Positions 62,422-64,000 of a stretch of 64,000 nucleotides of DNA are shown here, one piece after another (position 1 is the stretch's first letter; the number at the start of each line of letters is the position of its first letter). Position numbers and translations under genes: made by a program. A model generated the notes under the pieces. That model was not told the origin of the DNA. It ran no database searches and saw nothing but the letters and a program-made list of their open reading frames with translations. The DNA is taken from the sequence record PV593634.1; one strand, given 5' to 3'.

Positions 62422-64000
62422 TGTTTAAAGACGTCGACTACCAAGTTGATGGGAATGAAGCGATGCTGTACAGTATGTTCGTTAAACTGTACGGCACTCG
62501 TGAGAAAGTGAATGATGTAACATCTCCCCGATATACTCCTGTCGGGGACATCATGCTCCCTCGTAATTCCCTGATTCACTATCAGCAACAGACTCCAGGT
62601 GAAATAGGTCCGAGCAACACTGCTCCGTTTATTAGTAACTTCGATAAACGTATCAACATCTATTTCAACCCGACATACGAAACTGTGCTGGGCGTAACTA
62701 AGATATTGAATACTCAACTGAGTTCAATCATTAAAGGTTACGAAGGTTCTCACTTTAATTACGTACGTACTCGTAACTTCCAATCCGTTATCGGTAAAGA
62801 AGGCGAGCTGTTGGTAAACGACTTGGCAATTGGACAGGTTCCAGTTGTCTATAAACGTCGTACTGTGTTTACTCCTTTCCAACACTCGTACAACAACCTT
62901 TATACACTGATTGATTCTGTTAACGATTTTGCTAAGTACAATCGCCATCAGTTCATTCAGATTGATTTACCACGTACCTTCCCTACGTTCAAAACGTTAC
63001 AGATTAACTTCGAGAAATATAAGAAGTTCTTTAACGAAGAACATGAAGTGGTACGTTACGACAAGATCCCTCTCCAACCTTTCCAGGCTGGACAGAGCTT
63101 TTGGTTGTTCGATTTGTTTGGTATACTGATGGGGTACGAAGATGCTAAGTACAGTCAATTCAACCGACTGTCTGAAGCTGCTCGTCGCCAATTAGAAATC
63201 ATCTTTGTATACAACGGAAAATGCTGGATTGTAAATCTCCAGAATATAATTAACCTGCTGAGCTATTCGGATAAGCCGAAAGATACTTCTGCTAGTGCTT
63301 TACGTATTAACTACTTTAAGCGCTTTTATTTATCTCTGATTAGTCTAGTGACACCTATTAGTGAAGCTGTTGGGACAGTTGCAAATGAGGAAGATAGTAG
63401 CAGCAAGAAAGATACCGAAGCTCAAGATCGGATTGACGATTATGAAGAATCGCAAGAAGAAGGGATTCCTGGGCAAAGTACCACTGTGGACACTAATACT
63501 GGGCCTAGTTCTTTGGCTGATCTTTACGCCAGCTCTAAGGGAAGTGATAATGTACAAGTGGACCCCGTACGAAACGAGGGAACGCAAAATGATAATCAAG
63601 TACATGACGTACCTGCCGAAGCCGACGTTACCGACGATGTAACTGTTGACAGTTGGGGAGAGGAAGTTCCAGATGAACTATTTGAAAGGACCACAGTTGA
63701 AGATGCTACTATTAGTGCTAGCGCTTCTGCTTCTCCAACATCTACAATCGAGCGGCAAATTAACGACCTTAGTCGAGCTGGTCAATTAACGAGTAAAGAG
63801 AAGGACTTCTTTGAACGTGTAGCAAACATGTATAAGGATATTGAAGTTGGTGGTCGTACTCTTGAAGAGATCGCTAACATCACTCCTGAAGACATGGCGC
63901 TCAAGGATACTCCGATTGCTCCTGACTCGATTGTCATCACGGATAAGTCTGCTCTGAAGTCTCGTACTGAATTGCTTGGTACCGAGTACATCAAGAATAT
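62421..64000 (+). CDS. Virion RNA polymerase beta subunit, N-terminal part (gp178-like), partial; missing from the track
   Basis: TAATG overlap. Hand translation MFKDVDYQ..LYSMFVKLYGTRE..LPRNSLIHY.. stays open to the window end. Confidence 0.85.
   Translation, partial: MFKDVDYQVDGNEAMLYSMFVKLYGTREKVNDVTSPRYTPVGDIMLPRNSLIHYQQQTPGEIGPSNTAPFISNFDKRINIYFNPTYETVLGVTKILNTQLSSIIKGYEGSHFNYVRTRNFQSVIGKEGELLVNDLAIGQVPVVYKRRTVFTPFQHSYNNLYTLIDSVNDFAKYNRHQFIQIDLPRTFPTFKTLQINFEKYKKFFNEEHEVVRYDKIPLQPFQAGQSFWLFDLFGILMGYEDAKYSQFNRLSEAARRQLEIIFVYNGKCWIVNLQNIINLLSYSDKPKDTSASALRINYFKRFYLSLISLVTPISEAVGTVANEEDSSSKKDTEAQDRIDDYEESQEEGIPGQSTTVDTNTGPSSLADLYASSKGSDNVQVDPVRNEGTQNDNQVHDVPAEADVTDDVTVDSWGEEVPDELFERTTVEDATISASASASPTSTIERQINDLSRAGQLTSKEKDFFERVANMYKDIEVGGRTLEEIANITPEDMALKDTPIAPDSIVITDKSALKSRTELLGTEYIKN

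Noticed and set aside
1-64000. Stop-codon recoding, suggested by near-absence of TAG stops
   Set aside because: All large genes are uninterrupted in the standard code. Readthrough of the single TAG (37801) meets TAA soon after. No suppressor tRNA was seen.

Overview
This window is a 64 kb segment of a phiKZ-like jumbo myophage genome. The assignment rests on split multisubunit virion RNA polymerase genes, a gp181/gp182-like tail-tip pair, a UvsX/RecA and a SNF2 helicase. A GroEL-like chaperonin and a GH19 domain in the tail-tip lysin point to the EL/OBP-like branch, and the E. coli-like NrdB and Tdk suggest an enterobacterial host; both are inference, not database results. Layout: (1) 1-14.9 kb, minus-strand giant beta-repeat virion fibre genes (a partial ORF off the left edge, 3381 aa, 928 aa). 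(2) nrdB. (3) 16.4-35.3 kb, a plus-strand accessory/early region with many small genes, dTTP-supply enzymes (ThyA, DHFR, Tdk, HAD nucleotidase, phosphoesterase), two GNATs and a ClpP-DUF1653-GroEL unit. (4) 35.4-64 kb, the conserved phiKZ-like core: structural and head proteins, a degenerate RNase H-like protein, SNF2, UvsX, the vRNAP beta C-terminal fragment, tail tip, lysin, and vRNAP beta' and beta. Best novel observations: a 25-bp putative promoter motif (core TATTA-N5-GTGTA) in front of most plus-strand early units; a dispersed palindrome family with non-canonical TTATG tails; a ClpP+GroEL proteostasis unit; stand-alone paralogs of the giant fibre's N-terminal domain; a tandem array of FlbD-like small domains; a monocistronic glycine-zipper membrane protein; and a candidate overprinted ORF in the vRNAP beta linker. 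No tRNA, rRNA, CRISPR array, intron, intein or mobile element was recognised. phiKZ gene equivalences come from recalled motifs and gene order and need HMM or structure confirmation.
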